DNA of 64,000 bases from Lama guanicoe (lineage: Eukaryota), in assembly GCA_013239625.1 (NCBI GenBank), contig MU056000.1:13715175-13779174 (forward strand), written 5' to 3'. Below the pieces are notes generated by a model. That model was not told the DNA's origin. It made no database searches and saw only the letters and a list, made by a program, of their open reading frames with translations. This document shows positions 41,775 to 54,130 of the stretch, one piece after another; positions within the stretch are counted from its first letter, which is position 1; every line of letters begins with the position of its first letter. The translations under genes were made by a program, and so were the position numbers.

Positions 41775-43362
41775 CAGGTGGCCTCAGATTTGCAGAGTTA
41801 AGTAGGGTGGGATGGGAGTGCTGGGGTCCCTGTGGTCCCAGTGCCTTCCCACAGCCACTCTCCCCAGTCCATCACACTCAGAGCCACTGGTCCAGAAACT
41901 GGCCTGATGCGTGGAGCAGCTGGAGCCGGTCCTCAAGATGCAGACACCCAGCCCGACACAGTGTGAGGATGACTTATCCAGAGTCAGGAGGAGGTGAACG
42001 GTGATAGGTGACAGTGAAGCAGCCGGCAGGTGCCGGCAGGGAACAGAATGTCGCCTTTGCAGCAGGGTGGCGATAGCGGGTAAGGATAGATGAGGTCACT
42101 GATTCTTCATTTTCATCCACAGAAGAGCAGGCTCTTGTTGCCGTCTGAACCTGAGCAGGGAAGGAACACCCTGCCCCACAAAAGGCAGCTGATGGGCTCC
42201 TGGTTTGGGAACCGCAGATGTCCATGGCTCTCAAAGCTGGTGGGGACCTGGGAACTGGGTGGTTCAGGACAGCCTAGAGTAATGGGGTAGGAAGGCAGTG
42301 AGTCAAGTCCAGAGCAACGGGGCTGGTGGAAGGAGGAGGTTGGCTCTGGGAAGGCTCAAGATGCAGGGAGAGAGAAAGCCTGGGCTTCCCCAGAACACAG
42401 AACTCCGACCTGGCCCGGGGAAGCTAAGGGAGCGGGCAGGGGAGGGTCCTGGTCCTGTGCCGTCCCTGCTTCGGGGATGGACAAAGTCGCCTCCCGCCCT
42501 CTGTGCCTCGGCCTCCTCTGCTGGCCGTGAAGGTCCATCTCATCCCATAGCCCTTTGCATGCAACACCTGGAGCCAAAATGCCTGGATTGAAATCTTGGC
42601 TCTGCCTTTAGCAAATTAGTGAAGTCGCTCTGTGAGTCTGACTGGAGGGTGATGATAACACCTACCTTATAACTCTGAGAAGCAAATCTGCTCATTTACA
42701 CAAAGCGGTTAGAGTTGTGTGGACACAGTTGACGTTGGCTGTTGTCACTCAGTTAGACACTGTCGCTGCCCTGCCCCACAGCAGCCCACACAGCCCAGGT
42801 GCAGCTTGTGGGTGAAGCCACGGGGAAGAAGAGCTCAGATACCTGTGGGACACGCCTGCAAGGCGGAGCCAGGGCCACCTGGACCCTCCGCATGAAGAGT
42901 TTACGTGCAGTTTCGTCCTGGAGCACGTGCCCTCCTGGGTGGTTTGGGGTTCGTCTCTAGGGCAGAGCCTTTCCAGGAAGGCTCTGTCAGGCAGATGCGA
43001 GGCTGGTCTGTCCCTGGCTGGTCAGTGAATCTGGTGCCTTGGCCGTGGGACAGTTGTTAGATCAGCACAGTGGGCTACTCACTGATGGTCAGCCAAGCAC
43101 ACAACCCCCTTCCTACATTTAGAAAATTTTCTGCGATAAACTGAAGTGAGTGTTCAGCATGTTGTAGAAAGAATATTCGACTCAATCGCTAGGATTAAAT
43201 TAAGCAGCCATAGGTAATGAGGATTGGTAGGGAAGCTGTGTGTTTGCATGCTGGTGCTCGCTTCTGAAAGGCTGCCCTGACAACTGGTTTAGTGCTCTAC
43301 GGCATTATGTCACTTGGCCCCAGTCAAACTCTATTTCTTGATAAAAAGAAACGAGTTAAAAT
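41775..43362 (+). pseudogene. GC-rich retroposed or transduced gene-derived segment of unknown parent
   Basis: Sharp GC/CpG rise, decayed A tail at 43341-43365, imperfect 13-bp TSD (aaaacagggagat / aaagtggggagat), and exon-like sequence with splice-site-like boundaries. Confidence 0.65.
42568..42745 (+). mobile_element. MIR SINE carried inside the GC-rich insert
   Basis: ggagccaaaatgcctggattgaaatcttggctctgcc...gatgataacacctacctta. Confidence 0.75.
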
Positions 43363-44992
43363 AAAGTGGGGAGATTATCATGGATTAGCCTGTGGTCCCA
43401 GAGTAATCAGAATGGCTTTCCAAAGTGATGAGGGAGGCAGACGTGTTCAGGTCAGAAGAGATGTGAGGATGGAAGCAGAGGTCACAGTGATGCCGGGTGA
43501 GGAGGGCTCCACCCTCCTGTGTTGATTTTGAACTTGGAGGCGGGGGACCACTAGGCCTGGGATGGAGGCCATCTCTAAAATCTGGAAAAGGTCAAGGAAA
43601 GTGTTTCTCCGTGAGAGTCTCCAAAAGGGAACAACACCCTGACAACACCTGGATTTTAGCCCAATGAGGCTTCTACCTACAGAACTGTGGGACACCATGA
43701 AATTGGTGGTAATTTGTTTCAACAACAGTAGGGAACTAGTCCAACCACCTCAGTTTTTACAGTCTTATAATACTCTCAGTCTAAATTAGTTCCTCACACG
43801 TATTAGCAGAATTTTATCACAACAGCCTCCTTAATTTCAGTTACTGCATCCACAATTGAGAATAAGCAAAAGGTGAACTGACCATATTTAAAGGGACATA
43901 TTTGGTATTTCAGACACTTATTCACAATAGTAGTTTTTAGGAAAAGCCTCTAAGGGTCGTGACCTTTGTCTCCAAATATACCAACTCTAATGACTGATGG
44001 GGTAATCTGCCTGTAATTCTTTGAAGTCATTGCAGTTTTAGATAAAACTCTATCTAAATAACATATGTGGTGCTTGGACTGAAAACACAGGAGTGCTAAA
44101 TCTTCATAGTAAAAAAAATAAAATAAAAGATAACATACAAATAAACCAAACGAAGTTGACACTATGCCTACATTTGAGTAGCCTTATGAAAGTCTTAATC
44201 TCAGTCATTGTGAGGGTTTTCTACCCCAATTTTACGTGACGGTCTTAGACCTCTGACGCAGATTTTGACTATAATGAGCAACAGCGCTGCCACTGATGTG
44301 GCCATTGTGCAGAGCTCCTGGGCACGCCCTCGAGGTCCAAGGTGCGTTCACTCTCTCTATGGTCATGTTACCCACTGACCTTTCACCTTCATGAGAGTTT
44401 GTCATGGTTTTTCCATTCGTTTATTTCATCAAGTGGTACGTTTGACTTGAGAGTCCAATAGATTTTATCATGTATATTCTTTGAATATCCTCTGTGCTAG
44501 AGATAGAGCACTAATTAAACTCAACTAAATTCCATCTGTGGTCTTTCTGGCAGCTTTGGTTTTATGCTTTGGTATCTCTTTGAGAATGGCAGGGCGGTAT
44601 GGCTGGGGAGTTGGTAAACAAGACTCAAATTAATATCAAATAAATTACTCGACCACAAGTGAAGTACATGATATCATATTAAGAAAGTCAGGTGCTTTTA
44701 GTAATACAAGTGTGCCTTGGTGAATATCTGTTATTTGCCAAGAATAATAAAATTCCCTCAGCCTTTGAGAGATCAGATCTGTTAAAAACAAAGACATGAT
44801 AAGAATGATTTATGCTATAGTGTTTACTTGCTACCTGTGGAACTTTGTAATTATAACAATATTTTTCTGTTACAATAATATTATTATAAATTTTGATAAG
44901 ACTATAAATAATCACTTTTATTACATATGAAAATATGTGAATGGTCCATAGATTTCAGTGATTAATCAATGCTATTAAATACTTGAATTATT

Positions 44993-45180
44993 GTGGTAGG
45001 AAGCCTCTACAATGATCCCCAATGATCCTGGACCCATGTCCTTGTGTGTTATTCACACTTGCAGGCGGGCTAGACTTATTTGACTAGCTTTTAAAGAATA
45101 GAATACCACAGAAATGATGGCAGGCCATTTCGAAAATCAGGTTAAAAAAAGACTGGGGCTTTCATGCTGGGAAATCTCTC
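44993..45180 (+). mobile_element. MaLR LTR 5' part (MLT1E/F-like)
   Basis: tgtggtaggaagcctctacaatgatccccaatgatcc...gggctagactt...gactagctt. Confidence 0.65.
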
Positions 45181-46007
45181 ATTTATATGGAAAGAGAGAA
45201 CAGAGAATGGGCAAGAGGGAATATTTCAAGGCATAAATGGTGGATAAATTCCCAGATTTTCGTGCAGAGATTAATTTAGAGTAGGATTGAAAATGTAGTC
45301 ACATCTTGACACATTTGAATGAAATTGCAATTGCTGGGAAGAGAAATATAATTTTAAGTTTGAAGACTGAAAACAATTTGGAACAAAGGAAATTGTATAA
45401 ACCTAAAAAACGTCAGAGAAAGAGAAAAAACAAACTTTGGTGAATGCAAAATTTTAAATAAAGATAATTGTAAGTAAATCAATCAACACAACAAATGCAA
45501 TATTGTCTATTTTAAATGCATTATACATTAGCTTTAAGTGTGTATGTCTTTACTTTGTCTAATCTAGACAAAGAATCTCAGATTGGTTTATATATTTATG
45601 AGTACTGACTCAAAATGGTATTTTGAATAATTCTCTTTTACTTTAAAATCATAGTTTAGAATCCTAAGGAAAAAAGATAGTAATTCAGGATGTTTTATAT
45701 ACTTATAAATCCTGATAAAAAATACATTTAGAAAAATAAAAATATAAATAAAAATAAAATTTTGGAATACACATATACAAAATCTTATGCAGAATAATAA
45801 TTGGCTTTACAGAACTTTTTACAAGAATTATACCCCATATTGAAATACTTAACCTATAATAAGAGAAACTATTTATCACAGAGCTAATAAAAATTTCCAA
45901 AGATATTAATTAATGCTAAATCATGTTTAATAAAACCCAAAATCTACAGCTACAAACAACAAACAAGTGAATGAATCAAAAGACTAGTAATATCTGCAAA
46001 TCCCAAT

Positions 46008-46210
46008 TAAAATGGGTAAACAGCAAGGCCCTACTGTATAGCACAAAGAACTGTTTTCAATACCTTGTAATAATAGCATTTAACGAAAAATAATATGATA
46101 AGAAATATATATATGTATAACTGAATCACTATATTGTACATCAGAAATTAATACAACATTGTAAATTGACTATATGTCAATAAAAGTAAATTTAAAAAAT
46201 GTAAAAAAAG
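46008..46210 (+). mobile_element. LINE-1 3' tip (cetartiodactyl-type) within older L1 debris at about 45185-46550
   Basis: aaacagcaaggccctactgtatagcaca...atatgtataactgaatcact...acaacattgtaaattgactata...aataaaa plus A tail. Confidence 0.8.
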
Positions 46211-49111
46211 ACTACTAGAAGCTACTTCTTTAAGCTGAGAAAATATAATTGCCTGAAACTAACAGCAAACGCTCCTTGTGTAGTGAAAGGTTAGCAACAA
46301 GAGCCGATGACCATGTTTACTATCATCCCTCAGTTTTCTTTTAAGTTTACTCAATGTAAGGAGCATTACATAAAAGTAGGGACTGTGAGCAGTTTTGTTT
46401 AAGAAACATTAGTTTTCATATAAATCAGAAAATACAGTTTGAAGACATCCTGAGTGGAAATATTCCTTTAAAAGTAGCAACTAAAAAATTAAAATAGCTA
46501 GCTAGAACCCCAAATGAAACAGTAAGGATTCTTACGAAGGCAACTCTAGTTCTTCAACATGAGTCAATCGTGTGCTTGTGTGTATGTACAGTCAGAGAAA
46601 GAACACCAACAAATGAGAATGAGAAAGAAAATTGAAGGATGTCCAAGAAAGAAAGATGAGGAAAAAGAAAAAAAATGAGAAAGAGAACATGAAAGAAAGA
46701 AGGAGAGAAAATGGCAGGAAAAGTTCATACTTGGACAGATAGTGATAATAAGAGATTATATTTTCAATTGATGGGAGAAGAATTTTACACTTTATTCTCA
46801 GTAAGATTTTGAATTTTGCAAATTTTGTATGTATGTATCCATTTTTACAACCCAGACCAAGGCATGTTTTAAGATGGAAAACAAGGGAAGCTGCAAATTT
46901 TGTCAAATGCATCAAAGAGTAGTTGTATAAAATATTAAAAATAAATACATGGTACAAACTGAAAAACTTGAGTAGTGGGATTTACTTTAGCGCATAAGTG
47001 ACCTGAAATTAGAAGACCGTAGGAATTTATAAGATGCGATGTTTACTTAGACAAACGTTCTCAGAACGGCTTGCAAGGTTTTGCCTCGTTGCATAATTAA
47101 CTTACGTGAGGAGACTGAGGTGGAAATGAGTTTGCCCAGGTAGGCGTTCTCAGCCAGAGCGGAAGACATTATTAGGCATAAACACATACATGCGGCTTCT
47201 CCTTTGGAGCATCAATTCGAGTTAATTTGGTTTATGGATGTGCTTTAGAGAAATGAGTCTTCCAATGGAGATTAGATGCACCATAATCAGTTCTTCACCG
47301 TAATTTAATACTTTGTAGGAGGACTTCATTCCCCATCTGGCTCATCTGCAGGTTCTGTTTATCAAGTTGAGTGCAAGATTTTTGTAAACAAGTGACTACC
47401 ACCCCCACGGAATGAACTTTCAAAGGGATATTTACAGGAGTATCTTCAGGTACTTCAGTGCTGTGAAAGAGAGGGCTTGTCTCTCCTCTGCAACTTTGTC
47501 TTATAAAATGATCTCACATTGATGTATGTGATAAATCTACTCATAAAGCTCCGAGGAATAATTCTAAATTACAAAAAATATACAGATCTGAGGTTATCCC
47601 TAGACAAAACTATTCATTGCTGAATTTGAAGTGGGTGGAATATTGTCAACCATTGTATTTCAAAACATTAGAAATATTTGCTGTCCAAGAATAACATCTA
47701 AATGAGAAAGCCCTGGGTGGGGCTATTGGGCCTGTATCTCTGCATCCTCTCTCTTCTTTCCTTTTCATTTGTGGGGTCTGTTTAGCTTGTACCAAACACT
47801 TTTTAAGGTCGTTGTGTTAATCCTAATGAGTTGATGTAACCGTCTGCCTTCATAAGAAATTGACCTTTTATGAAATACTCATATCATAGAAGCGAAACTG
47901 GAACTAAACGCCAACTGTAAATTGTATCTTAGAACTTACTAAATAAAATGCTTGCTCCGTTAAAAAAAAAATCTGGTTTTGACAAAACAAGAAAATAAAA
48001 CTTGTAAGACTTTGCTGACCCTGAATGAGCTTCAAACACAATGAGAAGAATGGGAATAAAGTAGAAGAAAAATGACCACAGAAATCATTCTAGAAATTTT
48101 ATGTTTGAAATACCAACAGGGAATTCCTGTTTGAAATGTGCAGACGAGTGAGATCTGTTACTCAGTAGAGGAATCTGCCTGGAGTTTCAGGTCAGAGTCA
48201 GCATGTATTTGTCATTATTTATTGGCTCCAAAATAACATATTGTGGGGTCATTATGAGGGTGGTAAAGATATTTTATGCTTGGCAAATTAAATAAATGAT
48301 TAATTAAAAAGGTAAATGGACCCATCATACATTGTAAAGAGATTATTACATGTTAAGATGCAAGCCCTAAGGAAGAGAAAATTAATATCAAATTTTCTAT
48401 TCTGATATTTTCCTATAAATTAGAAAATCATCCTTCACTCCACTGTTTGAGGAGAGGCAATTTTTTTTTTTTAATAATTGAACTTCTCAGATCACATTCA
48501 ACTTTGAATCTGGGTTTTCACCTGCACCTGTGGGCTCTGAGTTCTGTGAAATGCTGCTCTTCTGAAAATGCCTGCACCAAAAATGCATCCTTTCCTCTTT
48601 TCTGTTTCAGTTCCCTTAGAGCACTTGTCACAGGGAAGAGGGAGAGAAAAAGTGGCAAGAGTGCTGAGTGTAGAAGCAGCTTAGTGAGGGACCACAGCGG
48701 GCGGGGAGAAGGGGTTAGAACTGTCGTGGGATACTGGGGCCAATCTCTCCCACTGTGCTATGCCTGGGAAAAATCTTGCTGATATTTTTTGTAACCTAGC
48801 AAATTGACAATGAGTTTGTCATGGGGATCCCAGTATTTTACTATGTATATTGTTTAAATATATATATCTATATCCATTATTGAGAGTGATGAAAAGAAAT
48901 TTTAAAGACCTCTCCTTCAGAACCATTTTCTGTATATTTAGTCCACCTGGAGAAACTGCAAATAATAACACTGCTTCTAAGAGCATAAGAGTATAAGTAA
49001 AAGTAAACCTAGGGGTGGCCTTATGGAGATCATCAACTATATAATAAAATAGATGATGTGATAAATCTACAGAGCTGATAAGAAGTAAAACTATTAAACT
49101 CTAATTTATAC

Positions 49112-49707
49112 TGTTACTGGAGAGTAGGTTCTTGTGTAGTTGCAGAAAGAATTCGTAGGGAGAGACAGAGGTCAGGAAAGCAAAGTGAGGGTTTATTAAG
49201 CAAGAGTACACTGTCAGAGGGAGGGAGGGCGGGCAGACTCTGGTGAGTAGCAGCCCCGAGTGTCGTTGGTGAGCTGTTCCATGGGATGTGAAAATGAATG
49301 GGCAGAACGTTCATTGAGGAGGGAGGGGTTTGGGGTTGTAGTCCCTGATTTTCATCATAGCTCCAGCTTCCCAAAGGAGGAGGGAATTTTGTCCTTATTT
49401 CGTCTTGATGAAAGTGTCATGGCATTAGTGCATGATGAATACTTCATATCTGCAACGCTAATTTTATTGTATTGAGGGCATAATGATCAAAAAGTCACAT
49501 TCAGGCACCAGATTTCTGCCTTTTCCCACATTTCTTTGCCTCCAGGACCCCTGTCACTACAAGCTACATAGTTTCCTGGCACCCTGGAGGTTCCTGCTTT
49601 TCTTTGTTTGCCCAAGGAACTCCACTATTTACAAGAAGTATGGTTTCTGGCCACCTGACTGGAGCCCGCCTTTCTCTCTCATATCTAGCTATCTGCCTGC
49701 TCTAACA
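49112..49707 (-). mobile_element. ERV1-type solo LTR, 596 bp
   Basis: tgttactgg...ctctaaca termini, perfect 4-bp TSD ATAC (49108-49111 and 49708-49711), tttatt (AATAAA on minus) at about 49192. Confidence 0.9.
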
Positions 49708-49962
49708 ATACCTCCATTTTTTGAAGCCAATAAGTAAGAAAAAATGACACTCCACGTATAAAGAAAAAAATGCAAGATGGATGATGGAACCACAGTGTAG
49801 AGCATCCTTTGGTGTATCTGTGTATGTGTGTGGTCTGCTTCTCTTAGAATGGATGGTGTGGTTGAGTGTTGGGTGGGTGTGTAGTGAACAAGGGAGCATC
49901 TGTGAATAAACTTTGTACTTAATACAGTTGTTAAACTTTATCTTTGTCCAAAAGTGTCCTAA

Positions 49963-50575
49963 TATTGTCAAATCCAAAGTTGTGTGTCCAAGGCACAGTG
50001 AAGTCAAACAAACCAAAATGTGGAGTTTGGAGCAGAGAAAGATTATTGCAGGGTCAAGCAAAAAGAACAGGTAGCTTAGGCTCAAAAAACCTGAACTCCC
50101 TGATGGGTGTTAGTGAGAGAAGTGTTTGGGAAGGCACATTTGGCGGGAGATCTGCAGGGCATGTGACCTTCCTCTCATTGGTTGGTGGGGAAGGGTAACA
50201 AGGTGTTGCTCCAGGAATCTCAATCATCAGCCTTTTGATTCCAACCTGTCTGGGGTCCAGTGCTTGTGCTCAGCCTGAAGTTACAATCCTCCACCTGGGC
50301 CCCAGCTCCTGTAGAACTCATCAGTCTGTGTCAGAATTCTGGCACATCTCCCATGAGGAGCCAGTACTCTGCCCCATCACTACACTATTGTCTCTTGACT
50401 GCCTTTCTTTGGATTCTGCATTCCCTCCCCTCCCTAATTAATAACTGTTTCAATCTGCTCCTTGGAACTCAGAGAAAGTGTAGAAGGCTGAAGCGTTTTT
50501 CTTACCAACAAGAAATGGGGGACACAGAAAGTCTTTCGTACTCAGGAGGGCTCCACAGGGTCCCGCTCAGTTTTC
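49963..50575 (-). mobile_element. ERV1-type solo LTR, older family
   Basis: gagtttggagcagagaaag...aacctgaactccctgatgg...gaatctcaatcatcagcctt...cacagggtcccgctcagttt; recalled laurasiatherian LTR pattern, termini decayed. Confidence 0.7.
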
Positions 50576-51009
50576 TTAATCTTTCATTCATAAAATATCA
50601 TCTTTCTAACCTCAAGGTAATTGCTGTGGAAAATCTGTGGGACCTGAGTTCAATGCTGACACTATGTACTGATTTTTCTTTTTCACCAGAACAAATGGGA
50701 CTAGTAAGACATGACTATTGACAGTTATCCTGGCCCTCTGCTTTCAGCCATCTCATTTCTCCTTGGCCCCAGCAACAGGTGAAATGATTAGAACAGTGAG
50801 TTGCTAAAATTAGAGTTTAACTTATGTGTACCGTCTCTCAGAGCTCCACAGGGGTTCCTTTCCAGTTCTTATTTCAGGAGGCCATTTTAGTAATTATTGT
50901 CAGTTTATAATACCACCTTATCACTACAGTGATGAGAAGTTAGGTTTATGAAACTACTTTGTATGGCATTGTTAAACTTAATGCTAGTAAATTTTCTTCC
51001 ACAAGAAAG

Positions 51010-51135
51010 AGCTCAGTGGTAGAGCACATGCCCAGCATGAACAAGGACCTGGGTTCAATCCCTAGCACCTCCATTAAATAAATAAACCTAATTACCACCC
51101 CCCCAAAAAAAAACAACAAAAAGAAAAAAAAAAGA
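51010..51135 (+). mobile_element. tRNA-derived SINE (camelid Vic-1-like), 5' end slightly truncated
   Basis: A-box agctcagtggtagagc, B-box ggttcaatccc, then attaaataaataaacctaattacc, C-run and A-rich tail. aagaaagag occurs on both flanks (probable TSD). Confidence 0.85.
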
Positions 51136-51889
51136 AAGAAAGAGAACCATACTTTATTTTTTGTGGTTGAAACTATTAAATACACATGACGTTGGTGCCA
51201 AAGTCTTCCAAAATCCAGATGCCCTATATGTTGGTGAATATTTCTAATTTTTAAAGACAAATAGTTTCTTTTAGATTATAAAGTCTGCTTATTTTGAATA
51301 TATTAATACAATCTCGCAATTCTTCTACTTTATTGTCAGTTTTGCTTTACCGCAAGGATGACTGGTTTTTGAACAAGGAATGCCAAGCACACTATTCTTT
51401 CTGTATCTGTCCTGAGGGTTAACACCCAGAGAGAGATCTGTTTCTCTTTAAGTTGGTTGTTGAGGGATCTGCTGTGCTTGATCCTTTTCATATTTGTGGA
51501 TTTGGAAATATATACATTTTTGCTTCTTAAAAGAAGTTTGTAAATGTTCATCTTATGAACTTCAAATGGATGCCACACACAATACAAGAAGTAATCTGGT
51601 CTGAAATTCTCTTAACTTTTGGGAAGACCGAGGCAATGCAGAAAAACATCTCCATATTAATTACTGTTGAAAGGGAATAGTGGGTTTGTGAAACCCATTG
51701 ACTGGTCTCTATCTCTTGGTGTCTTGATTTCAGTCCCAGTAAAATCAAAAGTACTTCAGTATGCATCGTTCCAGAAAAAATTAGATGCTCCAAAATCTGA
51801 GCAATACTACCAAAGAAATTATAAGCTGGGAGAACTAATCAATGATTTCTGAATAAATGCTGAAAGGGGAAAAAAAAGAGTACATAATA

Positions 51890-54130
51890 GAGAATGTCAA
51901 ATCTAAACACCAATCTTTGATCTAATGAATGACAAATTGATGACAGTGGCAAAGTATTGGGAAAAATTGGTTTATATATGGTGTCTGAGTTCTTATGATG
52001 TATTAGATAATGATTAAAAATTATACTGGTCCACTCTAATAATTCATGCTAAATTAACCAAATATTTAAAAAGGAAGCCAAAAGATTTTAGTAGCCACTT
52101 AAAAAATTCTTTGTTTTTCTTTATAGAGAAGATGGAAATATATTTGTTGGCTGATTGTAAAGTTAAAATAAACATACAGATTTTTATTGTAAAACCCTGG
52201 AAATTTACTGATAGATGAGATAATTTTGGTGAGTCTTATGGTAAAGGATGAATAATGAAGAATATTTTAAAAAATAGTAAAAGGACACGATAGTTATAAA
52301 AAAGTGTTTTTAATTAAATATTAAATCATTCTTTAAACAACTTAAAAGTGTGATGTTTTCACAGCAACAAAATGTAGGTTTTCTGAAAAGAAGCAATATG
52401 AAGAGTCTAAAACTAGACACTAGTATGTGTGGGAATTTGATATATAGCAGGGTGGTGGTTCATTTCTATGGGCATAGTACTTTTGCTGAAACAAATAGGC
52501 TATGCATTTGGAAAAATGTATTTGAAATTTTGCTTCATATTGTAGAGAAATCAATGTAAACTGTATGAACAGCAAACCAATTTAAAAGGAATCCAGAGTA
52601 AAGAATAAATGTTAGTGGAATAAATGCATGCACTAGGAAAAGGGAAATTTAGAAATAAGAGAAGCCCAGAAGCAATAAAATATATAATATATGACTATAC
52701 AAAGTTTTGTACTTGTTAATTTAAAATTATACCATTGCACAGCTTCAAAGCAAAGTGATTAGCAAATGTTTAACAGAGATAAAAATTTTGATATTTATAT
52801 TGTCTAAACTCCTGCTGCCAATTAAGATAAAGATACAGTGTGATTAAAAAAAATTGGCAAAGCATTTGATTTCATGAAAAGGGATAGCCAAAAAGAATTC
52901 CCAAGGTTCCAATAGAGCAAAGGAAAAATGCTCACTCTTAGAGATTGCCGAAGAAATGTAATAAAAGAAACAACGAAATAGATTTCTTATCATTAGGAGA
53001 AATTGAATAAATAACACCACCAGTTTTTGCAGGAAAACAAGGAAAGTGGAATTCTCATCCACGGCTGTTAGAAATGTGCATTGGTAGAGTAGTTTTTTTA
53101 AAGCAATCTGATAATAGCCGTTAAAATTATAGACCTGTTAGTCAAAAATCCTACTTTATACAAGAATCTATAGCAATGAAAACATCACTAGATAAAAATT
53201 ATCCAGTATTTATTCTGACACCTTTTGTAGCAGCAGAAAGCTGAGAACTTAAAGAATTTCCATCAATAGGAAATGATTAAGCAAACAATGGTACTTTTTA
53301 ATTGAGAATATTATGCAGCCATTAAAAATATGTATATCAGCAGGGGAGGCATTCTCATGATATTTTTGTTAAATGAGAAATATAGCATGAGAGATGATAA
53401 CATAGAATGATGCCATGCATTTGGCTGCACCTTGCAAGCCTACAAGCCCTGTGCTTGCCCAGCTTCAAGACCAAAAACAAGAGCCCAGAGACACCAACAG
53501 AGATATAAGTGGTTTAATGGATGGGGGATCTTACATGTCTGAAGCAAGGTCCTGGAGCAGGTCCCCCCAGTGTGCATGGACGGCGGGGCAGAACATGGTA
53601 GCAGTTTTCACTCCTGCGGGCAGAGGAAGGATACCAGTTATAGGGGAAATTGTCAGTTTGGCTCATTGGTTACCGGGGAAACCAGCAGAGGGGTACACCC
53701 CTCACTACCCCTTTGATAAGCACAATGGAGTGTTCTGATCAAAAATTAGAGCAATCACTTGCTGGGGCCTGGGGCAAATATGTAGGAAGGTCAGTCATGT
53801 GAGTAGGGCGTTATAGGTGAAGCAGTGGTCAAGCAGGGGACATACAGAGAAAAGGAACAGCTGTCTTAAGTGGCCTGACCATACTCCATGTTTATTCCTG
53901 AATCCAATATATATAGAAAAGCATTGACACTGTTTGCAAAAAATGTGATGGCCTGAGTGGAGGGGAGTGTAGAGTATCAAAGAGAAAAAAAGAGAAAAAG
54001 AGACTGCAGCATAATGGATTACCATATCACTATAAAGTCCCAATAAATGTTACATATGCAATAATTTCATGAAAATATTATGGATGTATAAATAATACAT
54101 GTGCACATGATAAAAACTAAACATTGGCAT
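51890..54130 (+). mobile_element. Old L1ME-type LINE-1, decayed, interrupted by the LTR at 53411
   Basis: A-rich with L1 ORF2-end motifs (ctcatccacggctgttagaaatgt; ccatcaataggaaatgattaa; aatattatgcagccattaaaaa). Confidence 0.7.
53411..53885 (-). mobile_element. ERV solo LTR
   Basis: Abrupt GC-rich block tgccatgc...ggcctgaccatac inside A-rich L1. tttaat (ATTAAA on minus) near the left end. No clean TSD. Confidence 0.7.

Larger units (their letters stand above)
41641..43743 (+). mobile_element. MaLR LTR (MLT1D/E-like) split into 41641-41774 and 43363-43743
   Basis: The 5' half ends ccaatcagttgccttcaaaacagggagat. The 3' half resumes ggggagattatcatggatta and runs to ggaactagtcca, contiguous with the recalled consensus. 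Confidence 0.8.

Noticed and set aside
41775..43100. GC-rich island read as a native CpG-island promoter
   Set aside because: It sits inside a split MLT1 LTR with TSD and tail features, and CpG density is modest, so imported sequence is the better explanation.
48115..48131. Palindrome aacagg-gaatt-cctgtt with an NF-kB-like core
   Set aside because: Single short motif with no supporting context.
49114..50721. Cluster of 68-153 aa ORFs on both strands
   Set aside because: They lie mostly within solo LTRs, where higher GC lengthens chance ORFs. No gag, pol or env motifs are visible.
51010..51073. tRNA gene
   Set aside because: The acceptor-stem 5' strand is missing, and it is followed by a SINE tail with a TSD.
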